Assembly: GCA_001643675.2 (NCBI GenBank)
Contig: LSRY02000072.1
Coordinates: 1-64,000 of the forward strand
DNA: 64,000 nt
DNA from: Monocercomonoides exilis PA203
Lineage: Eukaryota; Protista; Preaxostyla
Direction of reading: 5' to 3'
Position numbers and translations under genes: made by a program. Below are positions 37,798 to 50,048 of this stretch, piece after piece (the first letter of the stretch is position 1; each line of letters starts with the position of its first letter). The notes beneath the pieces are model-generated. The model was not told where the DNA came from, made no database searches, and saw only the letters and a list, made by a program, of their open reading frames with translations.

Positions 37798-39297
37798 TGA
37801 CCGACAAAGCTAAAAAATAGCATGTCGTGTAACACAGGTCTAGAGTGTTTAATAAACAATTAAACATTGCATATTCCAGATGAGGAAAAACACAATAACA
37901 AAATGTATTTATTTCAGGAAATGAAAATTTTGAAAATGCGTTTTTCACGTTTTTCTTTTAATACACATAAAATTTCCATAGAATTTTAACATTTTTGATA
38001 TTGTTTATAATATTGCATCATCAAAATACAAGAAAACTTATTATAAATTGAATTTCTTCTTTATATTTGAGTTCAATTAAAAAAAGGTGAGGTGGGAAAA
38101 CAAGTGAAAAAAAAAGGGTTTCTCAAGTTATGAAATAACCAAAAATGTTAAAAAGAAAAGTTAAAAAACAATACCAACAATGAAAACGCTTGATTTCAAA
38201 AACTCGTGGAAACACGAGCAAAACGTTGATCAAAAAATTAAACTTAAAAAATACATAACTTTTTTTAAAAGAAATAATTTCTAAAATATTTGGCATACAA
38301 CCTTATAGTAGTATATTATTTGTTTTCAAATTATTCTCATTAAATATAAGCTTCTATTTGAAGCAATATACGAAAAAAAAAACAGGATCTAATAAAAAAT
38401 TTGGTCCTCATTAAAACCTGACCATTCATCTTGAGTCTGAAGATGAGAATTGCTGAACATGAATGAAACAAACTTGCGATGCTTCAACATTTTTATTTCT
38501 TTTTGATTATGATGTGGATGTTCGTTTCATGAAATCTGTTATGCAAGAGATGGGACACCAGACCATGAATACCTTCAACAAAACAGGCTCAAACACAAAG
38601 CAGGAGAAAACGAAGACTTTGTTGGAAGGAAAATGAAGAGTGAAGAGAAAGCCAAAGATGATAACAATCAACAGCTCACCTGATGTTGATTGTGATGCTT
38701 TATCAAACAATCTTGGCAAAATAATCTATTGACTCACTCCAATAGTACACACCTTGAACATGAAAATCCGAACATGGCTTCCAAAAAATTTGTCTGATAC
38801 ACAACAACCATTTGACAACTGAATGTTGAATTGCTGCTGATATTTCTCAATATCTTTAGCTCAAAAATGAATTCAGAAAAATCTTTTATTCCCTAAAAAT
38901 ATTCCACATCACAGGTCTGCTAGAATTGAAAAAGCAGAAAATCATCCAACTAATAATTCTGCTTTTTTCTTGTTTCATTGAATGGCATTGTTTTCTTTCC
39001 TTTTTTTCAAAACTAAAATCCAGCTTTTGATGTTTCCAACAACATTTTTTATTCAACGTATCTAAATTCTGCTCATCTTTCTCGTTTTGCGAAATCAATC
39101 TGAATGCGTGAAATTCTCTTTTTCCCCCGATTTCTTTCATCCCTTCTTCTTTGAATTTATTTATCTGTATTTATTTTCATTCCTTCATTCAAACTGAAAT
39201 CCAAATAAGTCCTTTTCTTCCTCTTTCTCTTTCATCAACTTATTGCATCGCAACGATCAGCTCTTTTCCTTGCAATTATGTTCCAAAAAGTGAAATA

Positions 39298-41645
39298 CCA
39301 TCGGTGGAAAAAACGGTCGTTTGTGGGAAAAGCGGTAGTTGGAAAAACTAAAATAATGTGATTTTTTTATCCTGTTATTCTTTTGACATGGCCTGAAGCA
39401 TTTTGAAATATGATAATTATTACTTGTAGAACAGAAATATGAATAAATAAATGGAAAAAAGTCATTAAACTTTATTATCAACAGCTTGTTTTAATACAAA
39501 AAGATATGTGAATTGGAAAAATGAGACATGCGCAGTTCTGAAAAAATAAATATCTTCATTCACATCAACTTCAAAATAAAAATTGATCCATTCAAATTGT
39601 TGTTGTTTTCATATCAGAATCGGATTCATCTTCAATTTTTCTCCTTTTTCTTGTTCTTAACTTTGTTTTCTGATCAAAAGAAAATGTTCCCTTCTCTTCG
39701 TGAATGCAATTGATTTCATTTCCGTAAACATAATTATCATCAATTCTTTTTTTTTTCGATGTCTTATTTTTCTTTTCTTCATTATTTCCGATCCTTCTCT
39801 TTCGTTTTGCTCTGCTTCTTATTCTACTCCTTTTTCTTCGTTTGCTATTGCTTTTTCGTGTGTTATTTCCATTTCCTTAATCTCAATCGCAGGTATTTGT
39901 GGACTTTTTTCTTTTAATTGTCGTTTTTCTTTTGGAGAAAAATCTCCAAAAACGCTTTTCTTCAGATCTGTCGTGGATATATTTGAAGAAGAAGATGTTT
40001 TTGACGACAAAGCTGTGCCGCACACTTTGGATAACACAGGAGCGGCAGCAACAGGATGAACTCCAGTGTTTCAAAATGCAGATTTTATTACAGACGGAGA
40101 ATTGCAGCAGACAAAGCTTCTGGAAACACATCTGCCAAAGCTTTTCGGAAAGAAGAAGTCGTTAAATTTGTAGGTCGGACAAATGAATTTAGAAGAACAA
40201 GTTCTAATCTTGCAAACACGCAATTGTCACACGGCTGTTAAAGGTGTGTCATGTTTGGAGGAAAGGTTTCGATGATGATATTGTTATGATTAGCAAACGA
40301 AATTACCTCCGAATCAAAATGAATAATGTGATTGTCCAATAATAACAGAGCTTTCTTAGATTTTGACATTTTCAGTTTATTCGCAATCAGCTGTATCCAT
40401 TTCTGAATCATGATAAATCGAAATGTTTCCGAAGTTATCCAACACGATAAAGAACCTGTGAAAGAAACATTAAATGATAATAAAAAAGAAAACTCTTGTG
40501 GCATCTTTTTTCGTGGGTATATTAATATATGTGGAAGATGAGACCCGTTGGCACTAATGCAAACACATAAAGTCGCATTTTCGGTTTTTGGTAATGCAGG
40601 AGGAGAAGGCGGCGTTTGGTTTTTTAGGCAAACAATAAGCTTTTCTGTTCCTTCTCCAATACGAACAGAGGATTCATCAAAGTTGTATATGTCTGTCGAA
40701 TCAATGTTGTTCGTTGAAATAATGGAAGACAACTATTGGTACCCTTCACGAATTGTCTCTGGTGATTGCGCACGGATTTTTGCAATTTCCATAGGCCTGG
40801 AAATGCATGCCTTGAATATTGAGCTTCTTTTTATGAGATCAAAGGCATATTTCAAATTGACTTTTTTCCTTTCTTCGTCACTTTCACAACTTGTATTGAA
40901 AACTTCCTTGATCGAAAAAAACAAAGTTATCAAAAAAATAAAAAGATCAACATGCAAAACCATCGATTGAATGTCCTTCACTCTGATAATTTTTTGTTCG
41001 GACAGCAGTGCGATGACTTGGTTTTCGACTCTTTCCAGTTGTTCACTTGTAATTATTGATGGGCGGCCAATTTTCCCCACTTCCCGATTTGCTTTCATCT
41101 CCGCTATTCCTCTTTCCCATGCACCGTTTGAAATAGCTTTGGATCCCACAGCAGTTTTCCACGTTACAGCATATTTCTTTTTTATTTCGAAGATCTTTTG
41201 TGATGGAGATGAATATTTTCGGAAGTCAGATGTAGCCATCAAACGATGAAGAAGGCTTGGAGTGATTTTTTTTGTAGCGTCCATTATTATGCATTCGATC
41301 AAAAACTTTTTTGATAGAGTTTTATTTATAAAGATCAAAATTTGTTTTTAAACAGCTATTTCAGAATAAATCATATTATATTCAAGTCATTTCTTCTGAT
41401 CATTCAATGCGATAAAGCATTTTTGATAACAGCAGTTTGAACAAACTGCTGTTTAAATTTCGAAGGTTTAGAGAACTTTTCTGTCTTATAACCAGTAAAT
41501 AATTAAAAATATATCTCGTTGAACTTTCACAGGTGTTATTGTTCTTATTCTTTCTCATTTTAATGTTTTTTTTCCAAAAGATACTTCTTTTCAAACAACT
41601 TGAACTACAGCTTTTCCCACCAAAGACCGTTTTTTCCACCGATGG
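39298..41645 (-). mobile_element. pogo/Tigger-like DNA transposon, copy B, inverted relative to copy A, defective
   Basis: TIRs CCATCGGTGGAAAAAACGGTC..., with TA on both sides (39296-97, 41646-47). The transposase is nearly identical to copy A, lacks the MITE, and shares the stops at GYQ* and THL*. Confidence 0.93.
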
Positions 41646-42185
41646 TAAATGCCATTTTAATAAACAGTTCTTTTCTCTGGCTTTTCAAAGGCAACAGATG
41701 CAGATATCTTCAAACCGATAAAGAATATAATAAATTCAAATGTACAGTTGTCCTCATTCAACATTAATGAAAACAAATATCCTTTTTTGTTGGTTTTTTT
41801 TTTTTTTTATGATTTCATTTTTTCAAATAGCCAAATTAAATATGTTTCCATCGTAATCAAACATTGTCAAGAAAACACTATTACGAATTCCACAGCTTAT
41901 TTTTGTTTGTTTATCTCTTTTTTTATGGATAAATAATTTTGTGTTTTAAAAAAATCAGTTCGATCGATGAATCCATTACAAGAAACAGATAACAATTATT
42001 CATTGCTTTTCTCGACAGTTGCCTACCAAAAATGTCAATGCAAAGAAGGGAGGTATACAATCTTATATTTTATTGATTGTGCAATGTTATTATTTTTTTT
42101 GTCATTTTGTTCCTTCAAACTGGGCGATTCTTCGAACTAAATGGCGTGTTGCGAATGCTTTCTGGATGAATTAACTCGGGGGGAA

Positions 42186-43653
42186 ATGCAGAAGCTTCCA
42201 GTCGAAAAATTCACTGGTTTGCAAACAATATTTATTTGAATCCTTGATGATTGCGTTCTTTTCTTTGTTCATTTTGAAGAATTGTTTTTTGAACTGGAGG
42301 ATTGTTCTGAAATAGAGCAAAAACAGAAAATCAAAGAAATGAACAAACTGATGGATGAATTTAACAGAAAAGAATTTCAATCCGTTTTTTCTAACAGACT
42401 GTTCGAAAAAATACACAAAATGATCGAAGAAAAGAAACTGACTTTGGAAAACACCATTTTGTTGTTGAAGCATGTGGGCTATTTAAGAGTTTTGAATAAT
42501 TCTATGTGCCATGGCTTTTTCATTTCTTCATTATGTGAAAGACTTGAGAAGATAATTATTGAAGAGAAGAAGAAAAAGAAGAAAAAGAATGATGAGCTTA
42601 TTGTTGATCTCTGTGAAAGCTATATTTATCTTAGAAGCATGCAATCAGATGCATTACTTTCAATTTGTGTGCCTCGCCTTCTGAATGTTGCCTTGGAAAA
42701 AAAGGAAAATGAAGAAGCACAAAAAGAAGTTGAAAATGCTTTGGTGGCTTTGAGCAGCGTTTGGATGATGAATGTATGATTTGATTGTTTGCTTGTTTGT
42801 TGAGCTGCTCTTTTTCATTTACTGATGACTTCACAAACTTTAGAAAAAGACAAAAAAAATGTGTTCGAATGATATAAAAGAGATTATTCAGTATCATCAG
42901 GAAAATCATAATCTGACAAGGCTTGCATATCAGTCTGCATGGCAGTTTATGATACATATATTTCAATCAGACAAAAATATGAAAGGAACAATTGTGAATG
43001 AGCTGCATTTTGTGAAAGAAGCTTCAAGAGAATTGGAACAGCTATCGAAAATATTGAATTGGAAGAGAAAAGGAAAAGAAGCGAAAGAAGAGGCTACATT
43101 ATTGAGATGGCTCAACTTATTGAATTCTTCTCCTTCATCCTGCCAAATGCATAATGATGAATGCATAAAACTTGTAACATTTATCATTGAACTGGGCGGA
43201 GCAACAAAGAGAAATCATAGAGATATAAATAAGAAATGCTACTCATTTTTGGATATAATCATTTTTGGAAAACAAGAATCTATTTTTTGCATGCTGAGTG
43301 AAGTTGTTGTCGGATTCTATCTGGAGGGAATGCATCAGCAAACAATTCGCAATGAAGATGCAGCTCATCACGCAAACACATTATGTAATCTTTTGGAAAT
43401 ATTGAGAAGAAAAATGGAAAAGAAAAATCGTTTGAAAACTTTTTTTTCAGCAGCAAGGAATTGGTTGAATGGAAAAACGAAAGAAGAAAGCGAAAAAGAA
43501 AAACGGAAAATAATGTTGTACAGAAAGCTGCATGAAAAGATGGAAGAGGAAGGATATGAAGATCTTATCGTTGGTCTCTATGAAGCAGTTTTGAGAAGAA
43601 TTGGTATTTGGTATTTGATAAAAGGTCTCAATGATTATTTTATTCTTCGTTAA
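42186..43653 (+). CDS. 'HNLTRLAYQSAW' family copy 6, apparently intact, divergent subtype
   Basis: Exon 1 is 42186-42216 (MQKLPVEKFT), intron 42217-42279, exon 2 42280-42773, intron 42774-42843 (GTATGA..TAG), exon 3 42844-43653. The phases join without stops. Confidence 0.82.
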
Positions 43654-45112
43654 GCATCAAACATAAATAATTTGTTGAAAATTTTTTCATCATCTTCAAA
43701 ATTGTTTTCATCATCGCTTTCTTCTTCCTCTTCTTCCTCTTCTTCTCATTCATCCTCATCTTCCTCTTCTTCCCCCATCTCTCTCTCCATCCCCATCCAC
43801 TCATCTGAAGTTGGCCCTTCTCTTTCTCTTCTCTCTTCTTCTCCTTCAAACAAAAACCTTCCTCTTTTTACTTCTACTAATTCTTCTTCTTCTTCTTCCT
43901 CTTCCTCTTCCTCCTCTTCTTCTTCCATTTCTTTTCTTTCTTCCTCTTCTCCTCCTCTTCTTCTTCTCCTCCTCCTCCTCCTCCTCCTCCTCCTCCTTTT
44001 TCTTCTTCTTCTTCTTCTTCTTCTTCTTCTATTTCTCCGCCAATCCAATTTACACGACAACCTGTTTCAGTGCAATCTTCATCGTCAACATCATCATATC
44101 AAAATCCTCTTCTTTCTATTCTTTTTCTTTCCCTCTTCTTTCTCTTCGTTCATTCTGCATTGCAAGCATCTTCACCAGAAAATAATAAAACTTAAATTTC
44201 AATCCAAATAACGAATAAATCATTCTCAAAGGCTTTTCTGATTCAATTCTTTATTTGGAGCTGCTTTGCCCTCTTTCGCACATAATATTCCTATTTCATT
44301 TGCTGCAGCCGTCTTTTAACAGACCACTCCATCAGCAACCTCTCCTTTTGGATCATCCTGTTTAATGCACCACACACAGCAGTTCGTGTTGTGAGATGAG
44401 AGCTTTGTTCCATCATCGATTTTGCCAAATGACACACACCTCCTCCTCGGAAATCATTGCCTTTTGTGGAGATAGAAGCATCTTTGTGAGACAGAATGGC
44501 ATTTGTGTTTGTGCCAAAGTGAGCACAAAGAACACAAAATGAGAGAACCAGAGAAGGCAATAATTTCAAGAATAAAATCTTTTTAGTGAAGAAAAATTTG
44601 GCTTGAGGAGGCAGGGATTATAGAAAAGCAGTTTTGGAGAAGATGATGACACATGATGCGACCAGACAGAATGAATGACTCTGAGGATGAAAACAAGAAA
44701 AGACGATACGAAAAGATGGAAAAGTTAGCAAGCATGTGTCTTGCAGCTTGACATTGATATGAAAGAAGATAATCAACGGAAAACGAGGCACTACACCTTG
44801 CGAAGCAATTTGCACATTCGGAAAGCTCCACCTGGAAGAAGAAATGAAGCAACCTCGAAGAAATATTCTTGTCAAAGGAATTTATAAGAAAGAGAACGAT
44901 GAACAAAGGAGAACCTTTCATTTGCAAAGAGATATGCCCAGGCGAGATTATTGAATGTTTATTTATTAAAAATGAAAATTACAACTTTGCATTAATATTT
45001 TTGTAATTGCTTTTTTCTCAATTTGCAAAAATTTTCACGAATCTATCCCATAGCAATATTTGTAGAAATAGGATTTTTTGTGTTCATCTTTTTTCGATAC
45101 ACATTAATTTAA

Positions 45113-47559
45113 ATGGATATACCCCATCAATTAAAGTTGGACACTAGTATGTGTTTATTTCTTTGAATGGGTATTTGGTGAAAATTTTTTGTTAAAAAGA
45201 GATCCTCCATTTTATAATTTTGTCGCAAAGGAGCCAAACAGAAATTATTGAAATGATCTCAAAACATACAACTATCAATTCTGTAAACGTATTGGAGAGG
45301 GAGCATGGAAATTTACGACATACTTCTGGTTTTGTGACATTTTCAACATTTGAAGATGCTTACCGTTTTGCCAAAGCAAGGTCATTTGTATGGTTATTTT
45401 AATTGGAAGTAATCTTTCAAAATTATTTTTCCTATGTAAATGAATATTTTTTTATGATTGAAGTGCTTTGATGAATCAAATGTTCTTGAAAGTTTGTCTT
45501 GATTATAATTAGAAAATAAAATTAATTGATTTCTTTTGAAGATACAATCTTCTTCTCACCTGAACGGAGGAAAGAATATTGGAAAGCTCAAAATCTTAGG
45601 CTTGGAGCAACCATCCAAGAATTGATGTTTGCTGTTTTTAACTTGATTGCGAAGGAATATTCCATTTTGCTGTTATATTTTTTTCTTCAACAAAAAAACA
45701 TTTTAATTTTCAGAAAATTGGAGCATATTCTTTCTGTAGAATACTATCCTGATAGCAGCATAGCATTTCTTCAGACAAACCTCATTACAAAAGATGACGG
45801 AAGGCTTATTGGATTCAAATTTCTGAGAGGAGACGGTTTTTTGTTCAAGCCGTTGCACATTAATTCGTTCGTGAATGCATTTCTGCTTAAATACGATGCA
45901 GAAAAGCTGTTGGAGCTATCAAACGAAGCGAATGAAAATGAATTGGCAGAGAAGTTTTCAGTATCCCTTGAGAAAGGCAAGCCAAATGAAAAGATAATAA
46001 CACCAAAAGTTGACTTGATTCCGACCATGTTCAGAGGAGTGATGTATCTTGGGGTGGTTGAGTATCCACTCACACCACTGGGGCAACTTGTGTGTGATGG
46101 AGCATTATTATTATTATTCTTTTTTTTTTTTCATGATTCGAACAGAAATTGTTAAATTATTCTTATTGTTATGATAATTGCTTTCTTTTCTGTTTAATTG
46201 TTTATTTATTTTTATTAATTTTTTTTAACATTTTTTACATATTTTAAATATATTTTTTTAATTTCATTATATTTATTTGAATATTAACACATTTTGTATT
46301 TTCTCGTTCCTTCCAGGCCACAAACATCTCTTCTTCTCGCATAAGCAATCCATTTCTGTTCAAAAACGTGCCAATCTCTTTCTGCCTTCGCAATCTGAAG
46401 CAGAAAACAGACAGGCCGCTGGTTGAAATATCTCCCTCGACACACATATGCACTGCCACAAAAGTGTTTGAACACACTCAGAAACATCAGCCTTCCATTT
46501 CTTTGAATGCTTCTTCGGTTTCTTCTGTTTCTTCTCATTCTCCTCTTCCTTCTCCTCCTCCTCCTTCTTCTTCTTCTGTGTCATCTTCTAAATCATCTTC
46601 AATATCAACTGCAATATCATCTGAAAAAAGGCTGAAAGAAGAACATTCTTGTTCAGTTACAAAAGCAGATGTGAATATGAGCGATGAAAGAAACGATGAT
46701 ATTTCGGACTTAAAATCATCATCATTAAATTCATCTTCATCTTCTTCTTCCATTTCTGATGTTCAATGCTTTTCACCTAAATCATCATTGGAACAGACAA
46801 ATCCATCTTCAGATTCTTCTTTTTCATTCTATTCTTCACCCTCCTCCTCCTCCTCCTCTTCTCCTTCTTCTCCTTCTCTTTCTTCTTCCTCTTCTTCTCC
46901 ATCCAGCCGATGGCAGTACAAAAGCAAGCATTGTTGGAGAGACCCTTTTTTTTCTATCTCTCCTTCTTTCTCTGTTTCTGTGAATGCATTCACAATCTCC
47001 CCGGAATTAGCTGCATTTGCTCATATTGATTGCCAGAAATCAACATCTTCTTCTATTTCTTCTTCCTCTCCTTCCTCTTCTTCTTCTCTTTCTCTTTCTC
47101 CTTCTCCTTCTTCTTCTATGACTTCTTCTGATTCTTCTATTATAACTCCTTCATCATCATCATGTTCTTCTTCTTCTTCTTTCCCTTTGTCCATCAGATA
47201 TTCCCACAAACGAGCATTCAACCAACAAAATAAACAGCCAAATGAATCAAAATTTCAATGCGATTTTTCGAAAGCAGCTGACAACAGATTTTGCTATGTG
47301 AGTTCAGCAAAACCACAAAAAACAGAAATTTCTGAAAGAAAAATAGAAAAAATTGAAGTTTTAAGTGAAAAATTGAAATTGAATGAAATTTTGACCGAAA
47401 AAGGCGAAAGGAACGAATTTGAGAAGGAACTGGAGCAAAGGCACCAGCAATTGCATGAACGTCAGCAGAATGCCTCAAAATCTTCTTTTTCGTCTTTTTC
47501 TTCTTTTTCTTCTTGTTCACCTCTGTCTCCATCATCATCATCGTCAACAACAACAACAA

Positions 47560-47597
<38 letters not shown>

Positions 47598-50048
47598 CTT
47601 TCTTCCTCTTCTTCCTCTTCTTCCTCTTCTTCATCCTCTTCATCCTCCTCCTCTTCTTCTTCTTCTCCTTCTCCATTTTCTTCTTCCACCTCATCAATTT
47701 CATCAAGTTCATCAATTTCATCCATCTCCATCTCAGCCAACAGCCTGCCTCCAACAGGAAGACAGATTCATTCCTTTTCTGCTTCTTCTGCCTCATCGAA
47801 GGAGAAAGACATTTCTCTCGTTGCCTGCAAAAACGCAGAAAAGGGAAAAAAAGACGAAAATCAACAAAATTTGACAAGTTGTCAAAAACAAAAGAAAAAA
47901 AGCAAGTTTGGCAAAAGTTTTTCTCCATCAACCTCAACTTCAATGCAATCACATCAGAATTCCAATGAATATCAAAATTTTAATGTTCAACAACAACATC
48001 AGAACAATCAACAATGTTATGGTTGCCATAATCTTCAGCATCATTCATTGAATCACTTTTCTCTCTCGCCTGCCTCTCAAACATTCACTCAGCCATCGTC
48101 TCAAACAGCTGTGCAGTTTGCTCATTCAAACACACAAAACTCTTCTGCTAATGTGAATTCATCATCATCTTCTTCTTCATTATCTTCTTCTTCTTCTTCT
48201 TCTTCTTCTTCTTCTTCTTCTTCGAAATCTTCGTCATCTTTTTCTTTGAATTCTTCTTCTTCAAATTCTTTTTCTTCTTCTTCTTCTTCATTTTCTTCTT
48301 CTTCTTCTCCAGCTTCCTATTCTTCTCTTTTTTCTGTGTATTCTCCAAATTCATCAACTTATAATTCAACAAGTCTTTTTTATTCCTCTTCTTCTTCCTC
48401 TTCTCCCTCCTCTGCCTCAACTTCATCATCTTCTCCTTCAATTAACCAACCTTTTCGTTTCCCTTCAAAACATCTGCCTTCAAATACACGCCATTCAAAC
48501 AATCAGAACAGCAGTATCTTTCAAAACAATACAGAAAATGCATTTTTTCGTTCTCTTTCTTTGCCTCCTCCTCTTCCACCTCCATCACACAATAATCATC
48601 ATATTCCTCTTCCTCACATACAACAACAGTTTTCTTCTTCAATTTCTTCTCCCTTGCCTTTTCCTCCTCCTCCTCCTCCTCCTCCTCCTCCTATTTCTTC
48701 CTCTTCCTCTTCCGCTTCCACTTGCAATCGTAATCTCACTCATAATCCATCAAACATCTTTCATTCAAAAGAAAAATGTTCTTCAAACAACATTCGTCTT
48801 TCGCTTGCTCCTCAGCCAATTTCTCATTGCTTGCCTTCATTTAACACCTTCTCAACAAACAGAAAAGAAGAAAATGAAACTAAAAAAACACATTTTGCAC
48901 TTGATCGAAGTGAAAATGCTTGTTTGAAATTACCTCCTCCTCCACCACTTGTTCTTCCTTCATCATCATCATCATCTTCTTCTTCTTCTTCACCTTCTTT
49001 TTTCATTATGACTCAATCTAATCCTAATTCTCTTCCTCATCCTCCTCTTTCTTGTACTTCATTTGTGTCTTCCAATATAATCCAAAAAACTGATGTAGAT
49101 AAGTCATTCAGCAAACAATCTGCTTGTTCTGATGAATTATCTGTTTCTTCATCAAATCCTTCTTCTTCCTCCTCTTCCTCTTCTTCTCTCTCTCTTTCTC
49201 ATCACCAAAATATTTCACAACAAAATTCACATTTTCACGAGAATTGCAAAGGATCATTTGAACAGCCCAGACAACAAGATCTTCTTCCTTTCCTTTCAAA
49301 AGCAGACAACATTTTAAATGAAAATGCACTTAATTCAAAAGAACGTAAAGATGATTTAGATGAAAAGGGTGAATTCAATCCAGTAACCAACACAGATAAA
49401 ATGTCAGATAGAACGACTGAAAAGGCAAAAGATTCTATTTCATTGTCTTCCTCCTCCTCCTTCTCGTTGGGATGCACCTCTCCTTTGTTTCGCAGCTGCT
49501 CTCCTTCCATTCACTCAGACAATTCTCATTTTCCTTCTTTTTCTTCATGTGACACAAATGAACCACTAACATTGTGTCACAACTCAGAAGATATTCAAAA
49601 TGTTGACGGGAGTTTTTCTCTGCTTCACAATTCGTTTTATCCGCTTGAAATGTCTGCTGATGAAGATATGAAGGTTGATGCTATTTCTGTTTCATTATGT
49701 GATGTCTTTAATGATGATGATTGTGTTGCAGTTGATAGAACTGGTATTGTTGAAGGCATTTCAGATGCCAATGCAAATTACAATGCAAATCTCAATTATG
49801 ATGATCTCCATTCTATTCCAAGCATTAATAATAGAACCGGATGTGGTTGTGATGGCTGTGTTCCATTGCATTCAATGATGAGTTTGCATTCAATAGATGA
49901 GCCGCTGAAATTGATTGTTGATGAAAATGAGGCGATGAAACAAGAATTGGATATTACTTTGACTCAACCTTCACAAGAATCATTGTGTTCTTCTCCACAA
50001 ATATCTTCTTTTTCTTTGCCCGCTCAAAACTCTCCGTTGCTTTTATAG
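45113..50048 (+). CDS. Multi-exon gene: N-terminal RRM-like domain plus a very long Ser/Pro-rich low-complexity tail
   Basis: ATG at 45113 is followed by a GTATGT donor. An RNP1-like SGFVTFSTFEDA lies at ~45325-45360. A phase-0 intron at ~46090-46316 (..TTCCAG) joins in frame to the 46368-50048 ORF. Internal exon boundaries are approximate. Confidence 0.6.

Larger units (their letters stand above)
34423..38424. mobile_element. ~4-kb long-TIR element enclosing a decayed family gene (Pack-element-like)
   Basis: Near-perfect inverted arms of ~330 bp (34439-34770 and 38079-38408). The diverged left terminal 24-mer TAGGATCATATTTTTATAAGGACC matches the 6265 terminus at 18/24. The internal motif TTTTCACTTGTTTTC[C/T]CA is shared with the 25272 element. 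Confidence 0.82.

Noticed and set aside
43672-44211. Ser/Leu/Arg/Glu-rich ORFs on both strands
   Set aside because: This is purine/pyrimidine trinucleotide low-complexity DNA with no identifiable domain.
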